The notes beneath the pieces were generated by a model. The model made no database searches. It was not told the DNA's origin and saw nothing but the letters and a program-made list of their open reading frames with translations. From Octopus vulgaris (lineage: Eukaryota): 64,000 nt of DNA. The position numbers were made by a program, and so were the translations under genes. Position 1 is the stretch's first letter. Each line of letters begins with the position of its first letter. Positions 27,451 through 41,642 of the stretch are shown piece after piece. The stretch is taken from positions 7,564,001-7,628,000 of the forward strand of contig OX597827.1 of assembly GCA_951406725.2 (NCBI GenBank). Direction: 5' to 3'.

Positions 27451-28429
27451 CATATATATAAATTTATATAAATAAGGATAAGATCGTTATTTAAATACCG
27501 ATCTTATCAGGTGATCAGCATGGGAATAAAAAACTTCAAATGTTATAATTATTATTAAAATTATAATTTAGGGTATCTAAGATAAATTGCCTGTTTAAAG
27601 CATTTTTGCAGCATTAAGGCCAGTAACATGAAGAGTATACAATCACTTTCCTCCAAATTTGCAACAAACATCAATCAAGCTTATCAAATTGCTGCTAACT
27701 GAAAAAAATTTCCAATGTTGACTATGGCTCTGCAAAAATGCATATTAATCAGATTTGAGTATACTGTCCTGGGTTATTATCTTTGTTTCAGGCCATTTTG
27801 TGACTATGAAATATTGACACTACTCATGCAATATAAGTAGCGTATAATATTTCATGAAAACCTTTTTTGTCCAGTTTGGCAGAGGAAATGAGAAGAACAT
27901 TAAAATTTTTGTCGGCGCCCTGTTGATGCTTCATGTTACCATCCCACACATCACCAGGCTGTGTGTGTAGCAATTGGGTAAAGGCACCACAAACCCATTC
28001 ATCCATTCTCCAGAACTGCCCTGTTGATGTTTCAGATTTTCAGCCCTGTGCAACACAGCATGGCCTGGCAGCATGTCTGCTTTCTGTGTCATCGATGTCT
28101 GAACTGTATAATGCAAAACGTTCGCACAAAGAGACAAAACTGCTGTTGTGACTCACAGCCATTTGCGTTTGACCGCTTCCGGAAGCTACGCCTACCATCT
28201 GCAATTAGTCCCCACCCACTGTGTTCCCTCCCACTTTAGTCACACGAGTAAACACAGGGTGTCCCAGAATTAATGATGATTTGAGTAAAATTGGATGCAT
28301 TTTTTAAAAAACTCACTTTTATTTATGTTTAGCATGTTCAATACATATTAAAAGTGTATAAATTTTGACTTTTGTTTACAATTTTATTTTCATTCCTGTT
28401 GGACCCCTCTTATTTCTCTATGACAGCCT

Positions 28430-28933
28430 TTTTTCAATTTGGCAGCAATCATTTTCTTTACCTCCGTCCCCAAGATAGAACAATCATTTAGCTGTGTCCA
28501 TAGCTTACATTGGATACATCTTATGGAGTTTCTACCTACACTTTTCCTACAGATCGAGCTGAGCCATCTACCTGAAGGGTGTTTGCCTTCCTGCTTTCTA
28601 GGACTTTGTTTTTGCTACCTTGACTCTAAGGCCCATCGATCCTAAATCTTGCTTCCACACCTGAAATTTCTTCTCTAGTTCTGGTAGTGATTCTGCTATA
28701 AGGGCCACGTTATCCATGTAGAGGAGCTCCCAGGGGCAACCTGTCTTGAATTCCTGTGTTATTGCCTGGAGAACTATGATGGATAAGAGGAGGCTGAGGG
28801 CTGATCCTTGGTGGATCCCTATGTCTACCTGGAATTCTTCACTATACTCATTGTCAACCCTAACCTTACTAATGGCACCCCAGTATTGGGCCTGTACAGC
28901 CCTTATTAACCATTCGTCAATCCCTAGTTTCCG
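28430..28933 (-). mobile_element. RTE-clade LINE reverse transcriptase fragment
   Basis: RKLGIDEWLIRAV...GIHQGSALSLLL...ELLYMDNVALIAES, matching degenerate GxxQG and YADD motifs. Confidence 0.85.
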
Positions 28934-28962
28934 CACATATACATATATTCAAACACATACAT

Positions 28963-29039
<77 letters not shown>

Positions 29040-29097
29040 CATCAGCATCATATATTTGTACATACCCGACACATACAGAGAGAGACACACACTCACA

Positions 29098-29167
<70 letters not shown>

Positions 29168-29335
29168 GAATGACTCAGTTTACTTGGAATGTGGTTACTT
29201 AAGCAGGATTTTTCTTTTCATCATGTTATCTTATCATTATTAATCCTTTATATATTCGTACCCTATTTTGCCCTATCCTAGCTTTTTATGAAACATGACC
29301 TGAAAAAACCCCCAAAAAAAGACCACTGAGAAAAT

Positions 29336-29371
<36 letters not shown>

Positions 29372-29859
29372 CACAATCTCATATACGTGTATATGTAGAT
29401 AAAAAAAAAAAAAAAGAGAAGGGGTTTCGTGTAGACAAAGAAGGATTACAAAGCCTGATTAAATCATTAATTGACAGATGGGTAGAAATTTAATCATCGG
29501 CTGATACATCCACTAAAGTAGGTCCTGGAGTAGGTATGGTTAGCTAGTATGATACAGAATATTATGCTTATCCCCTGCCCCTACTTACAGCGTGAAATTC
29601 ATCGAAAGATGGTTTTAGAAAGCGTTACTCTTATCAATATTATAAGGTAATAGGTGCAGACACGGTGGTGTGGTTAAGAATCTAGCTTTGCAGCCATGTG
29701 GTCTCGGGTTCAGTCCCACTTGAGCAAATGTCTTCTATTATAACCTCAGGTTGACCAAGGTATGTGTGTGAATTTGGTAGGCATAAATTTTTGAAGTCCA
29801 TTATGTTTTTGTGTGTGTATATATATATATATAGTAAAATATAATTGCCAACTATATGT

Positions 29860-30180
29860 GGCAGTCCCATAGAGGATGATGCTAGTGTTGTTTTAGCCCC
29901 AGGAGAACATATGGCATAGTGGTTAAGAGCGCAGGCTACTAACCCCAAGATTCCGATTTCGATTCCAATCAGTGACCTGAACAATAACAATAATAATAAT
30001 AATAATGATAATAATAACATCAAAAAAAAAACCTTAGGAATGAGAACCCTGGTTCGAAATTTCCCCAAGACACCTGAAGAAGGTTGGAGGGTATATAAGC
30101 CGAAATGATGTATTAACAACAAACAAGATGAGGACAAATATCCATCGAATGTAAATAATGTAAATAATGTAAATAATGGT
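29860..30180 (+). mobile_element. tRNA-headed element with (AAT)n and a hammerhead-like motif, inserted in a degenerate family A SINE
   Basis: A box tggcatagtgg, B-like box gatttcgattcc, (aat)n, gacac-CTGAAGA-a-ggtt...agcc-GAAA at 30069-30105, tail (tgtaaataa)n. The tail recurs at 59940-59997. Confidence 0.65.
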
Positions 30181-31123
30181 GCTGGTGTGTTCAAATTCCT
30201 GCCAAGAGAATAAGTAGCAGGCTTTAAAAAAAAAAGTACTGAGGTTCATTTGTTTAAAGAAACCCTTCAAGGCAGTGCCCTAGCATGAATGCTGTCTAAT
30301 GAATGAAATAGTAGATGAAAGGGAGTATTTTATGCTGTTGTGAGGATGGATTGATCACCAATTTTATCAGGGTTGTGGTGTTAGATGTGTGTTGCATTGT
30401 TGAAGACCATCATGTGGTTTAGCTGGCCGCATGTATAATAAATGAAGCAGCTCGCAAACTCTTAACTTTTAGCATATTTATTGCAGGACATGATTTACTG
30501 CATTGGCTGTTTACAAAAGAAAGATGCTGATAATATATAACTGCTGACTAGAATGAGAGAACCATACTGTGTCTTGTAGAAGGCTATAGCTGTGGTATAT
30601 CATGTGTGGGTGTCTGAAGTTGTTTCTTTCTCCAGGTGGTCTGGTCTTTGTAGTCTGCCTTCTGTGAATGCCAAAGGGGGTCTACACAAATGACTGAGTT
30701 CATCTGGTCAGTGGTCTAGTCTGCTGAGGCTGTCTGGCTGTGTTGGGTACCAAACAGTTTTTATAGGGTGAAAAGAGGACAAATTTAAAAGCATCTAAGG
30801 AACTATACCACACCACACCACAACTTCATGCAGACTGGTAGAATTTATAGATCATTTACATGAAACTCATGATTCCTAATTGAATATCTTGCAGTTGGAG
30901 TTTGAAGTCTTATACTGTGATTATTCAAATTGCTAGAAACAGCAGTTATATCTCACTCAAATCGTAACTTATTATTTAAGAAAAAAAAAAAACAGACAAA
31001 ATGGAAAAGTCATCTTATATATAGTGTACCTGAAAAAAATTACTAGCTGATTATGGCTTGGACACTTTTCATTATCGGTTAGCTAAGTACAGCAACAACA
31101 ACAATAACAAAAGCAATAACAAT

Positions 31124-31560
31124 ACTCTTTTACTCTTTTTTACTCTTTTACTTGTTTCAGTCATTTGACTGCGGCCATGCTGGAGCACCGCCTTTAATCG
31201 AGCAAGTCGACCCTGGGACTTATTCTTTTGTAAGCCTAGTACTTATTCTATCAGTCTCATTTGCTGAACCGCTAAGTAACGTGGACATAAACACACCAGC
31301 ATCAGTTGTCAAGCAATGCTAGGGGGACAAACACAGACACACAAACACACATACGCACATATATATATATATACATATATACGACGGGCTTCTTTCAGTT
31401 TCCGTCTACCAAATCCACTCACAAGGCTTTGGTCGGCCCGAGGCTATAGTAGAAGACACTTGCCCAAGATGCCACTTGCCCAAGATGCCACGCAGTGGGA
31501 CTGAACCCGGAACCATTTGGTTGGTTAGCAAGCTACTTACCACACAGCCACTCCTGCACC
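31124..31560 (-). mobile_element. SINE family A
   Basis: Full length; internal duplication cacttgcccaagatgc. Confidence 0.9.
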
Positions 31561-32059
31561 TGAATACTACTACAACTAATTCTACATCTACAACTACAAT
31601 TTAAGATAGCAACAATAAAAAAACAAAAATAAGCAACTGAATATATAATGCCAACATACATAAACACACACTGCTTTATACATACATTGCTATTACACAC
31701 ACAACTCATAAACACCATATTGCTATACACAATATATACACACAAAGGCAGAAAGAAAGCCTCAATAAGGGCCATTCAATCAGCTAGAAATAGCAGCTAG
31801 ATTACCTTCAGTTCATTCCATAGCATCAGTAATGTTACGTTAGATAATACAGTATGAGAAAATTTATGATTGTTAGGAATGGTCATATCTGGAATGCCTT
31901 TGATCATAAATCAGTATGATCGATGTCAAGCTGGGGTTAAACAACAACAACAACAGCAACAACAACATGAGCACAAAGAAATCAGTCAGAAACTGTCACA
32001 AAGGAACTCATTAAGCTATGTCTACACATGTAGCATACTATGCAAAAAAAAAAACCCAC

Positions 32060-32480
32060 ATGCACACATGTATAAATGCACAGACACATAAATACAGATA
32101 CACAAATTCACAGGCACATACTTACACATGAACACACTCTTTCATATTGACACACAAATGTTCATACACACACATGTACACACGTACATACAGATACATG
32201 CACAAACATAGAAACATACATACGCACACAGATTTTCAAACATATATATTTGAGCACACACACAAACACACACATGCACACATATGTATAAATGCACAGA
32301 CACATAAATACAGATACACAAATTCACAGGCACATACTTACACATGAACACACTCTTTCATATTGACACACAAATGTTCATGCACACACACGCACACATG
32401 TACATACAGTTACATGCACAGACATAAAAACATGCATACGCACACAGATTTTCAAACAGATATATTTGAGCACACACACA
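32060..32480. repeat. 216-bp tandem duplication
   Basis: tataaatgcacagacacataaatacagatacacaaattcacaggc... at 32071 and 32287. Confidence 0.9.
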
Positions 32481-32485
32481 CACAT

Positions 32486-32523
<38 letters not shown>

Positions 32524-32897
32524 ACTCACATGTATTCACACGTGCACACACATACGCAAAAACACATATACATACATATAAAAGTTCATTATTTGTTTTG
32601 CCAGTAAATGAGGAGCATTGAATATTTGAAAACTAAACAGATATATTGAGATCAATGAACAGTTCACAGGCTTCTGATGAAAGACTTTGATACATATAAC
32701 AAATTAATTAATTAAATGATAATTAATTAATTAATTAAGAAGTGAATAATGATTACACTTAGTGTTTATCATTGTCAAAGATTACTCCCAAAATATACAC
32801 TCAAACATGCACACATACTCACACACATACATACATGTGCACACACACACATTTTCCTAGTATGTGTTGATGTGTGGGTGGATGTGTGTGTGTGTGT

Positions 32898-32930
<33 letters not shown>

Positions 32931-33330
32931 AATATATATATATATGAAACACATTCGCTTTATCTCTACAGATATTTTATGAGACCCTACCAGTAATTAA
33001 CACACACATGCACACACACACACGCATGCACGCACACACATACACACACAGACACACATATATAGAGAAAGATATGTATATGAAATATTAAATATACATA
33101 TATCTACATTAAATATATTATATCCTCTATCCACTGTGTATGCCTAAAATGATTCATTTATGTATACATACATACAAATACACACACACATATACACACG
33201 ATATATACATACATCTGTGCGTGTGTATATATATAAATACATATATGTGTGTGTCCATTTCCTGAGCGCCTATTAATAATAATACTGTAATTGTTCCCTT
33301 GTTGTTGTTTTTTTGTTTCCCGTTTGGATT

Positions 33331-33361
<31 letters not shown>

Positions 33362-33964
33362 AATTAGAAAAAAACATCTTTTATCAATTCAAAATGAAAA
33401 ATTAAATTACACCATCTAGAAAATTACATATAATAGGAAGATTAAACATAAGATAAAAAATATAACGATGATTAATTATATATATAATTATTATATATAT
33501 ATATATTACTTGTTTCAGTCATTAAACTGTAGTCATGCTGGAGCACTGCCTTGAAAAATTCTAGTTAAATCAGTTGAGCCCAGTCAACTGATTTTAACCT
33601 GGGGCTTACTCTATCAGAGCCATTTGCTGAACCACTAGGTTACAGGGATGTAAACATGCTGAAACCAGTTGTCAAGCAGCAATGGGGGACAAACAAAGAC
33701 ACAAAGACACACTCATATAAATACAAGTTTCTTTCAGTTTCTCTCTACCAAATCCATTTACAAGGCTTCCCTCAGTCTGAGCTTATGCAATAGTAGACAC
33801 TTGTCCAAGGTGTCAAGCAATAATACTGAACTTAGTAAGAAACTGGAAAATGCAATATACTATCTTTATTGGACTATATCATGCATGCAAAGATACATAC
33901 ATAGACACAGACACACACACACACAACTGCTTCAAAACCTCCAGCTGATATATCTGGATTACAA

Positions 33965-34495
33965 CTCTCTTTACTCTTTTACTCTTTTACTTGTTTCAGT
34001 CATTTGACTGCGGCCATGCTGGAGCACCACCTTTAGTCGAGCAAATCGATCCGGGGACTTATTCTTTGTAAGCCCAGTACTTATTCTATCGGTCTCTTTT
34101 GCCGAACCGAACCGCTAAGTGACGGGGACGTAAACACACCAGCATTGGTTGTCAAGTGATGTTTGGGGAGAACAAACACAGACACACAAACATACACGCA
34201 CATATACATACATACATATATACATATATACGACGGGCTTCTTTCAGTTTCCGTCTACCAAATCCACTCACAAGGCATTAGTCGGCCCGGGGCTATAGCA
34301 GGAGACACTTGCCCAAGATGCCACGCAGTGGGACTGAACCCGCAACCATGTGGTTGGTTAGCAAGCTACTTACCACACAGCCACTCCTGCGCCTATAAAT
34401 ACAATACATATATATCCATATATACGACGGGCTTCTTTCAGTTTCCGTCTACCAAATCCACTCACAAGGCTTTGGTCGGCCCGAGGCTATAGTAG
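33965..34495 (-). mobile_element. SINE family A plus adjacent partial second copy
   Basis: Full copy 33965-34395, then repeated body segment 34420-34495. Confidence 0.9.
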
Positions 34496-34785
34496 ATTTA
34501 TACCAATAGTAATTGGAGGAATTGGTTTTGTAAGTAAAATGCCTGACTGTCAGTCTGGATAAGCTTGGATCTTCAGAAAAAGAAATCAACCAACTGATTC
34601 ACACACATTACAGAAACGGTCTGTAAGCAGAACAGGGATACTCTGCAAGACCCTTCTCAGGCTTAAAATCTGACATCGTTTCCGTTATCTACATTCTGAA
34701 GATGGAGACTTATATCTTTGTTAGAAACCAGCACCTTCCACAAGGGAAGAATTTAAATGATTAAAAGCAGAGGACACCATATATG

Positions 34786-35090
34786 TTTGTTTGTTCCTTC
34801 TCGAGCCATGCCTGGCTCATAAGGGCCGGTTTCCCGGTTTCCTTGGTGTATAGGTTCCCCACCTGGACAGGATGCCGGTCCATTGCAGATGAGCTGCAAG
34901 ATGCAGGAGGAAAGAGTGAGAGAAAGTTGTGGCAAAAGAGTCAGCAGAAGTTCGACATTACCTTCTGCCGGAGCCGTGTGGAGCTTAGGTGTTTCGCTCA
35001 TAAACACACGCATCGCCCACTCTGAGATTTGAACCCGCGATCCCTCGACTGCGAGTCCGCTGCTCTAACCACTAGGCCATGTGCCTCCAC
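34786..35090 (-). mobile_element. SINE family C (tRNA-Arg-like head), tail type 1 with V-SINE-like block
   Basis: Head gtggaggcacatggcctagtggttagagcagcggactcgc...gggttcaaatc; body gcaatggaccggcatcctgtccaggtgggg. Confidence 0.8.
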
Positions 35091-36075
35091 AGACATATAT
35101 GCATACATACTTACATACACACATACACACATACATACATACATGCATGCATGCATGCATACACATACATACATACATACATACATACATACACACATAC
35201 ATACATACATACATACATACATACATACATACATACATACATACATACATACATACATACGTAATGTATATAAGTTAATACTGCTTCTGTTTGTGCTTCA
35301 AATGGTGTCATTTTATACATGTTTGTGTGCATGGGTGTACATACATACATACATACATATATATATGTGTGTATGTGTGTGTGTGTGTGTCTGACTCATG
35401 GGAAAGTGGATGTTAGGACAATGGTGACAATTTTGATGATGATGATGATGTGTGAATGCATATGCATATATCTATATATATATATATGCATTTATATGTT
35501 TATGTATGTTCATTATCTGTTTGTTTAAAACTAAGTTAATGGGTGGCTGATGTGTTTGATGTGATGTTAAAATTAGCATTCTGATCAAGCAGAAGTTAAT
35601 CTTTAAGGAATGGGGAGGGAGAGAGATGTATTATTAGTGAAATGATATTTAAATACATACATATATATACATATATATAAATCAGATGGACAGACTTGCT
35701 TATTAACTGGTGGTCTAATCCTTCAATAATCTCCGTGGCTGTTGTCATGATAATAATACCATTATAAGGAAATTGAAATACATAATAATATATCATCAAA
35801 CTTAATCTGGCATAATTTACAATAGTAATAGTAATGGAAATTCACTGGTAGAGACCAGACTCCAATAGTATTGTGAAGCAACTGAATAAAATATAATAAG
35901 TACAATACTGGTGTTTCACTGCAGGTCATCAGGCAGAAATTGTTGTTTAATTTAAGTCAGCCCTAATCATACTAACTTATGATTAAGAGGAATGAAATAG
36001 CAGTCATGAGAGTATCTCTGTGCTCGGGGTTTAAGTCTCAATGAGGTCAATTTTACCTTTCATTCTTTTGGGAAT

Positions 36076-36488
36076 ACTCTTTTACTCTTTTACTTGTTTC
36101 AGTCATTTGACTGCGGCCATGCTGGAGCACTGCCTTTAGTCGAGCAAATCGACCCCGGGACTTATTTTTTGTAAGCATAGTACTTATTCTATCAGACTCT
36201 TTTTGCCAAACTGTTAAGTTATGGGGACGTAAACACACCATCGGTTGACAAGTGATGTTGGGGGGACAAACAGAAACCCATAAACATATACACACACATA
36301 CATATACATATATATATACATACATACGATGGGCTTCTTTCAGTTTCTGTCTACCATATCCACTCACAAGGCTTTGGTCGGCCCGAGGCTATTGTAGAAG
36401 ACACTTGCCCAAGGTGCCATGCAGTGGGACTGAACCCGGGACCATGTGGTTGGTAAGCAAGCTACTTACCACACAGCCACTCCTGCAT
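36076..36488 (-). mobile_element. SINE family A
   Basis: Reverse-complement full copy. Confidence 0.9.
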
Positions 36489-37246
36489 CTATATTGATGA
36501 AAATAAATGTACCAATCCGGGACCGTGGATTTGGTGTGACTGAAATGTTCAGGCGTGGTAGTCTGGTCGAGAAGCTTACTTCCCAACTAAGTGGTCTTGG
36601 ATTCAGTCCCACTGGGTCATATCTTCTACTATAGCTCTGGGCCAACTAAAGGTTTGTGAGTGGATTTGACAAAAAGAAACTGAAAAGAAACCTCTTGTAT
36701 AATGTGTGTGTGCAATGTGTGTGTGTGTGTTTGCATACATGTGTGTACACGTGTATGTGTTTACATGTACCTTTATCCGGCCATTATATGATGCTTGTAA
36801 AGAAGCATCACCAACATACAAGCAACGTTGTTCATTTCCAGTCTGCTGTGTAAAACATATCAGGCCAAGGGGAAATATTACTTTGCTTGGAAAGAAATTA
36901 GGGTTGGTATCAGGAAAGGCATCCAGCCATATAAAATCTGCTTCAATAAATTCTGTCCGACCCACGCAAGCATGGAAGAGCATATGTTAAAAGATGATGA
37001 TTATAATAACGATGATGTAAGAATGTCACGCTGATGCCTTGTGGTATTTGTCCTGGTTCTACAGTATTAGGCTTATGCTGTTCAGTTTAGCAACAACATC
37101 AAGTAGTTTGGGTACCTTTAGCACAATCCGTTATGTTGTCATCAGCTCTTGAAGATTCCATGGATTTCTTCGAAACTAATTATTTTCCATCTATAAAAAA
37201 TATCTTGTTTCATAAAATGTTCAATTTTTACCCTTGAGTTATGATT

Positions 37247-37535
37247 GTGGAGGCACATGACATAAGGGTTAGAGCAGCGGACTCATGGTCGAGAGATCAT
37301 GGGTTTGAATCTCAGACTAGTCAATGCGTGTGTTTGTGAGCAAAACACCTAAGCTCCACGCAGCTCCGGAAGAAGGTAACAGAAAACTTCTGCTGACTCT
37401 TTCGCCACAACTTTCTCTCACTCTTTCCTCCTGCATCTTGCAGCTCACCTGCGACAGACCAGCATCCCGTCCAGGTGGGGAACCTATACACCAAGGAAAC
37501 CGGCCCTTATGAGCCAGGCATGGCTTGAGAAGGAG
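37247..37535 (+). mobile_element. SINE family C, tail type 1
   Basis: Inverted homologue of 34786-35090. Confidence 0.8.
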
Positions 37536-38631
37536 AATGGTTTATGATAACCTAAGACTAGAAGTTTTAAGACTTTCGAAATAAGTAAGCAAATAAATAA
37601 ATGTATATGCATATTCTATGTACCTGCTTCCGTATTCCTTAACTGCAAATTCAAACTTTTAATCCAACTAAATATAAAGAAATGGTTATCTCCTTGGTAC
37701 TATCTGTCTGCTCGGGGGCTCCATGCATTTAAATCAAGACCATTCATTATTACTTGATAGAAGAATTTTCTCTTCATTATGTTGCAAAGATATTGCTTAC
37801 TAATGATTTTCAATATTGGAGAAAGCCTCAGATTTGGTAGGAGAGAAAAAGTCAATTATATCAACTCAATATTTGAATGCTACTTTATATTAATATCCCT
37901 GCAGGGATGGAAAACAAAGGTTACCTCAGCTAAATTTGAACTCAAAATGTAAAGAGCTGGAACAAATGCTGCAAGAAATTTTGTCCAATGCCATATTAAA
38001 TTCTACCAAACGTTATTTTAATAAACCTTTCCTAACTCTCGACAGTCTATAAATCAAAATATCTGGACATTGCATCTCATTAGAAATATAGTCATGTGAG
38101 GGTTAAAGCTCATTACATTTTTCATCTTTTTAATTTGCTAAGTGTTGAGGTGGGGGCAGAGTCCAATGCTTTTGCAGGACCTTTCACACTGATGTGATAA
38201 ATGCCATTGATATTTCACTTAAATTAAGGCAGCGAGCAAACAGAATCGTTTGCATGCCAGGTAAAATACTTGGTGCCATTCTGTCCATCTTTATGTTCTG
38301 AGTTCAAATTGCATGGAGGTTGGCTTTGCCTTTCATCCCTTCCAAAGCTGATAAAATTAGTACCAGTTGAGCACTAGAGTCGTTGTAATCAACTTACCCA
38401 CACCACCTAAATTGCTGGCCTGGTGTCAAAATTTGAAACCAATTTTTCACTTAAATTGTTGTAAGCTATTATCTGCAGAAAAGACATGAGCAGAAAGAAA
38501 TTTCTAGAAACTTGACATTTTTGACAGGAAGGACTGTACACAGGGATTAAAACAGGGCCTGGTGTGGTTGAACATAACATGGGTGACAAGAGGAGATGTA
38601 AATGAATTAGGTATAGCTCTGAGCTGGCAAA

Positions 38632-38866
38632 GGCGGCGAGCTGGCAGAAACGTTAGCACGCCGTGCGAAATGCTTGGCGGTGTTTCATCTGCCGTTGCGT
38701 TGTGAGTTCAAATTCCGCCAAGGTCGACTTTGCCTTTCATCCTTTCGGGGTCGATAAATTAAGTACCAGTTACGCACTGGGGTCGATGTAATCGACTTAA
38801 TACCTATGTCTGTCCTTGTTTGTCCCCTCTATGATTGTTTAGCCCCTTGTGGGTAATAAAGAAATA
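38632..38866 (+). mobile_element. SINE family B with TSD-like flanks
   Basis: taggtatagctc(t/a)gag occurs upstream (~38608) and downstream (~38865). Confidence 0.9.
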
Positions 38867-39828
38867 GGTATAGCTCAGAGGATGTGACATGAGACAGCCA
38901 ATCTCTGAAGATCAGAAACCATTTTAGCAGCAATAGAAGAGACAGAGGGAGGAAACATCAGGTCAATATTTTACAGCAAACATGTTGTAGATATCTTCCT
39001 TAGTAATACCAGGGTGGAGTTCCCACCATTTCCAGTATCGCAAGTTTCACAAAAAGCAAGTATATTATTCTAATGGTAAATTGATTTCAAAGCACTCCCA
39101 CCTCTATTCTAGTGCCTGGTTGTCAGTATTTCAAGCAGTTTTGTTGTTTTGCCCCCGGTCAGTACTGGTCATTCAGATCTATGAACAAACGGCATTCTGT
39201 CCTTTTTTTGTTTCCCAAATGCTGTGTATCTACGATTGTATGTCTTCCTTTTTAAAGACTGATTTCAAATCAGACTCTGTTATTAGTTGTAGGTTAAATA
39301 ACTGCAAAGAAGCTCCCTTGTTAGCGCTAAAAAGCCCTGGATATCACATTTCTCCTATATTTATCCTTTGTCGTCAATAGAACTAAATACCAATAGAGAG
39401 AAAGCCAGTGATTACATGATCCAATTGACTCTATTCATTCTGTTGTTGTTTAGCCCCAGGTCAGCCACAATCAAGTAAACCTCTGATCAAAGATATTCAA
39501 GTCCTGATGATGTCTTCTTGTATATCTGAGACTACATTGTTCTGTGTGTATTTGACATTTGACATCCACCCAAATACTGGAGTAATTCCATGGCATTATG
39601 GGTTTAATAGCACACTTGCTAAATATAAAAACTGACCAGAAAGGCATACACACATACATGCATGCAAGTGCACACACATGCACGCATACACACACACACA
39701 CATACACACTCACAAAATGGACCCAGGATTTCATTCATGATTGTAAAACAAACTTATTAACAAAACAGCTATGTCTGCATCCACTTAATATCTACATACA
39801 TATAGGGACATTAAAACATAAACATGTG

Positions 39829-39903
<75 letters not shown>

Positions 39904-39945
39904 ACATAATATACATATATATACAGACAGACATATATATATACA

Positions 39946-39987
<42 letters not shown>

Positions 39988-40019
39988 TGAATATACACAT
40001 ACATACATACATATACATA

Positions 40020-40035
40020 TATACATTCATACATT

Positions 40036-40067
<32 letters not shown>

Positions 40068-40263
40068 TACATACATACAAACATACATACATACATACAA
40101 ACATACATACATACATACAAACATACATACATACATCCATACATACATACATACATACATACATACATACATACATACATACATACATACACACATACAT
40201 ACATACATACATACATACATACATACATACATACATACATACATACATACATACATACATACA

Positions 40264-40290
<27 letters not shown>
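40020..40290. repeat. (CATA)n microsatellite
   Basis: Direct reading. Confidence 0.95.
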
Positions 40291-40299
<9 letters not shown>

Positions 40300-41564
40300 T
40301 ATATACACACACACATATACACACACACATTATGGTCAAATGGTTAAGAAGCTAAGAGGTTTGTTTCACAACCACATGGTCTGGCATTCAATCTCATTGC
40401 ACAGCAGTTTGGGCAAAAGTAATTTTCTTTCATAAATATGAATCTGTGTGTTTGTGTTAGTCTTCATGGTTATATGTGTGTCTCAGTTTTTATATGTGTA
40501 TATCTCTATGTGTCTTTTTATACATGTGTGTGTGACTAAGGTGTAGTTATTATCATATCAATATCCAAATATTGGATTTACACTTAGGTACAAGGACAGC
40601 AATTTTGTAGGAGGAGGAGGGTAAGGTGATTACATCGACCCCAGTACTCCACTGGTACTTATTTTATCGACCCTGCAAGGACGAAACGCAAAGTCGACCT
40701 TGATGGAATCTGAACTCAGAATGTAAAGACTAACAAAATTCTGTAAGCATTTCATTTGGAGTGCTAATGATTCTGCCAGCTTTCCACCTTAATTAATAAC
40801 CAAATATTAAATATATATATATGTATATATATTATATATATAAATCTCTATCAGTTATGGTAATGAGTATTTCAATTATTTGCTCAATTGCACTAGCTGT
40901 TCATTTAATTATCATAAAACGTGTCTGAATATTCCTCAGGCACATGTACCCTTAGTGTAAATTCTCAGTGAGAATTTGTGTAAAATTGTGTGCCTAGAAT
41001 GGCACTTTGAACTATACACACAGTCAGAGGTGTAGCTAGAAAATGTGTAACCCGGGCAGTCTCTGCATTTGTCCCGCCCCAACTGTCTCCTATACAGACA
41101 TGTACAATAGACGCAAAAATACCACCACCATAAATGCATTGTCCAAGGTAGACTGCTCCTTCACCCTATCCTCTTAGCTACACTACTGGATAGAGAAGGA
41201 GGATAAAGCTCCTTCCTGAGTCATATTGATTCATAGGGCTACTTTACTGGTTTCTGAAGTGTATATATTCTCTCCTGGATGGGACACTAGTCCATTGCAG
41301 GAATACTCACTTTTGCCAGCTGAGTGGACTGGAGCAACACAGTCCATTTGTTGGGCTTTCAAACATTGTCCATGTGCGTTAATTACCATGTCCTTCACAC
41401 TGATTGAGTTAAACTGATGCTATGGTAAAAAACCTTTACTCAAGGTTTCACATGGTGGTATTGAACCTGAGATCTCATGACTAAAAAAGCAAACTTCTTA
41501 AACATTCACCTGATATCCATACAATAAAATTATTCAAAAATGTCTCAAAAGTAATTTCTTTTTT

Positions 41565-41571
41565 ACTTACA
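41565..41571 (-). other. Candidate splice donor in the 3' UTR (AT|GTAAGT)
   Basis: Minus strand reads aaaaatacat|gtaagtaaaa, a consensus intronic donor hexamer about 72 nt after the stop codon. Confidence 0.4.
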
Positions 41572-41642
41572 TGTATTTTTCTTTTCAGAAAAAATTCCTT
41601 CCAGAAATGATTTGTCTCTTGCTGAAGTTGGTAAGATTATAA

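Noticed and set aside
27800-28330. GC-richer unique-looking stretch with several short ORFs
   Set aside because: No motif or coherent exon; cagggtgtccca at ~28255 hints at a Tc1/mariner end but no partner TIR was found.
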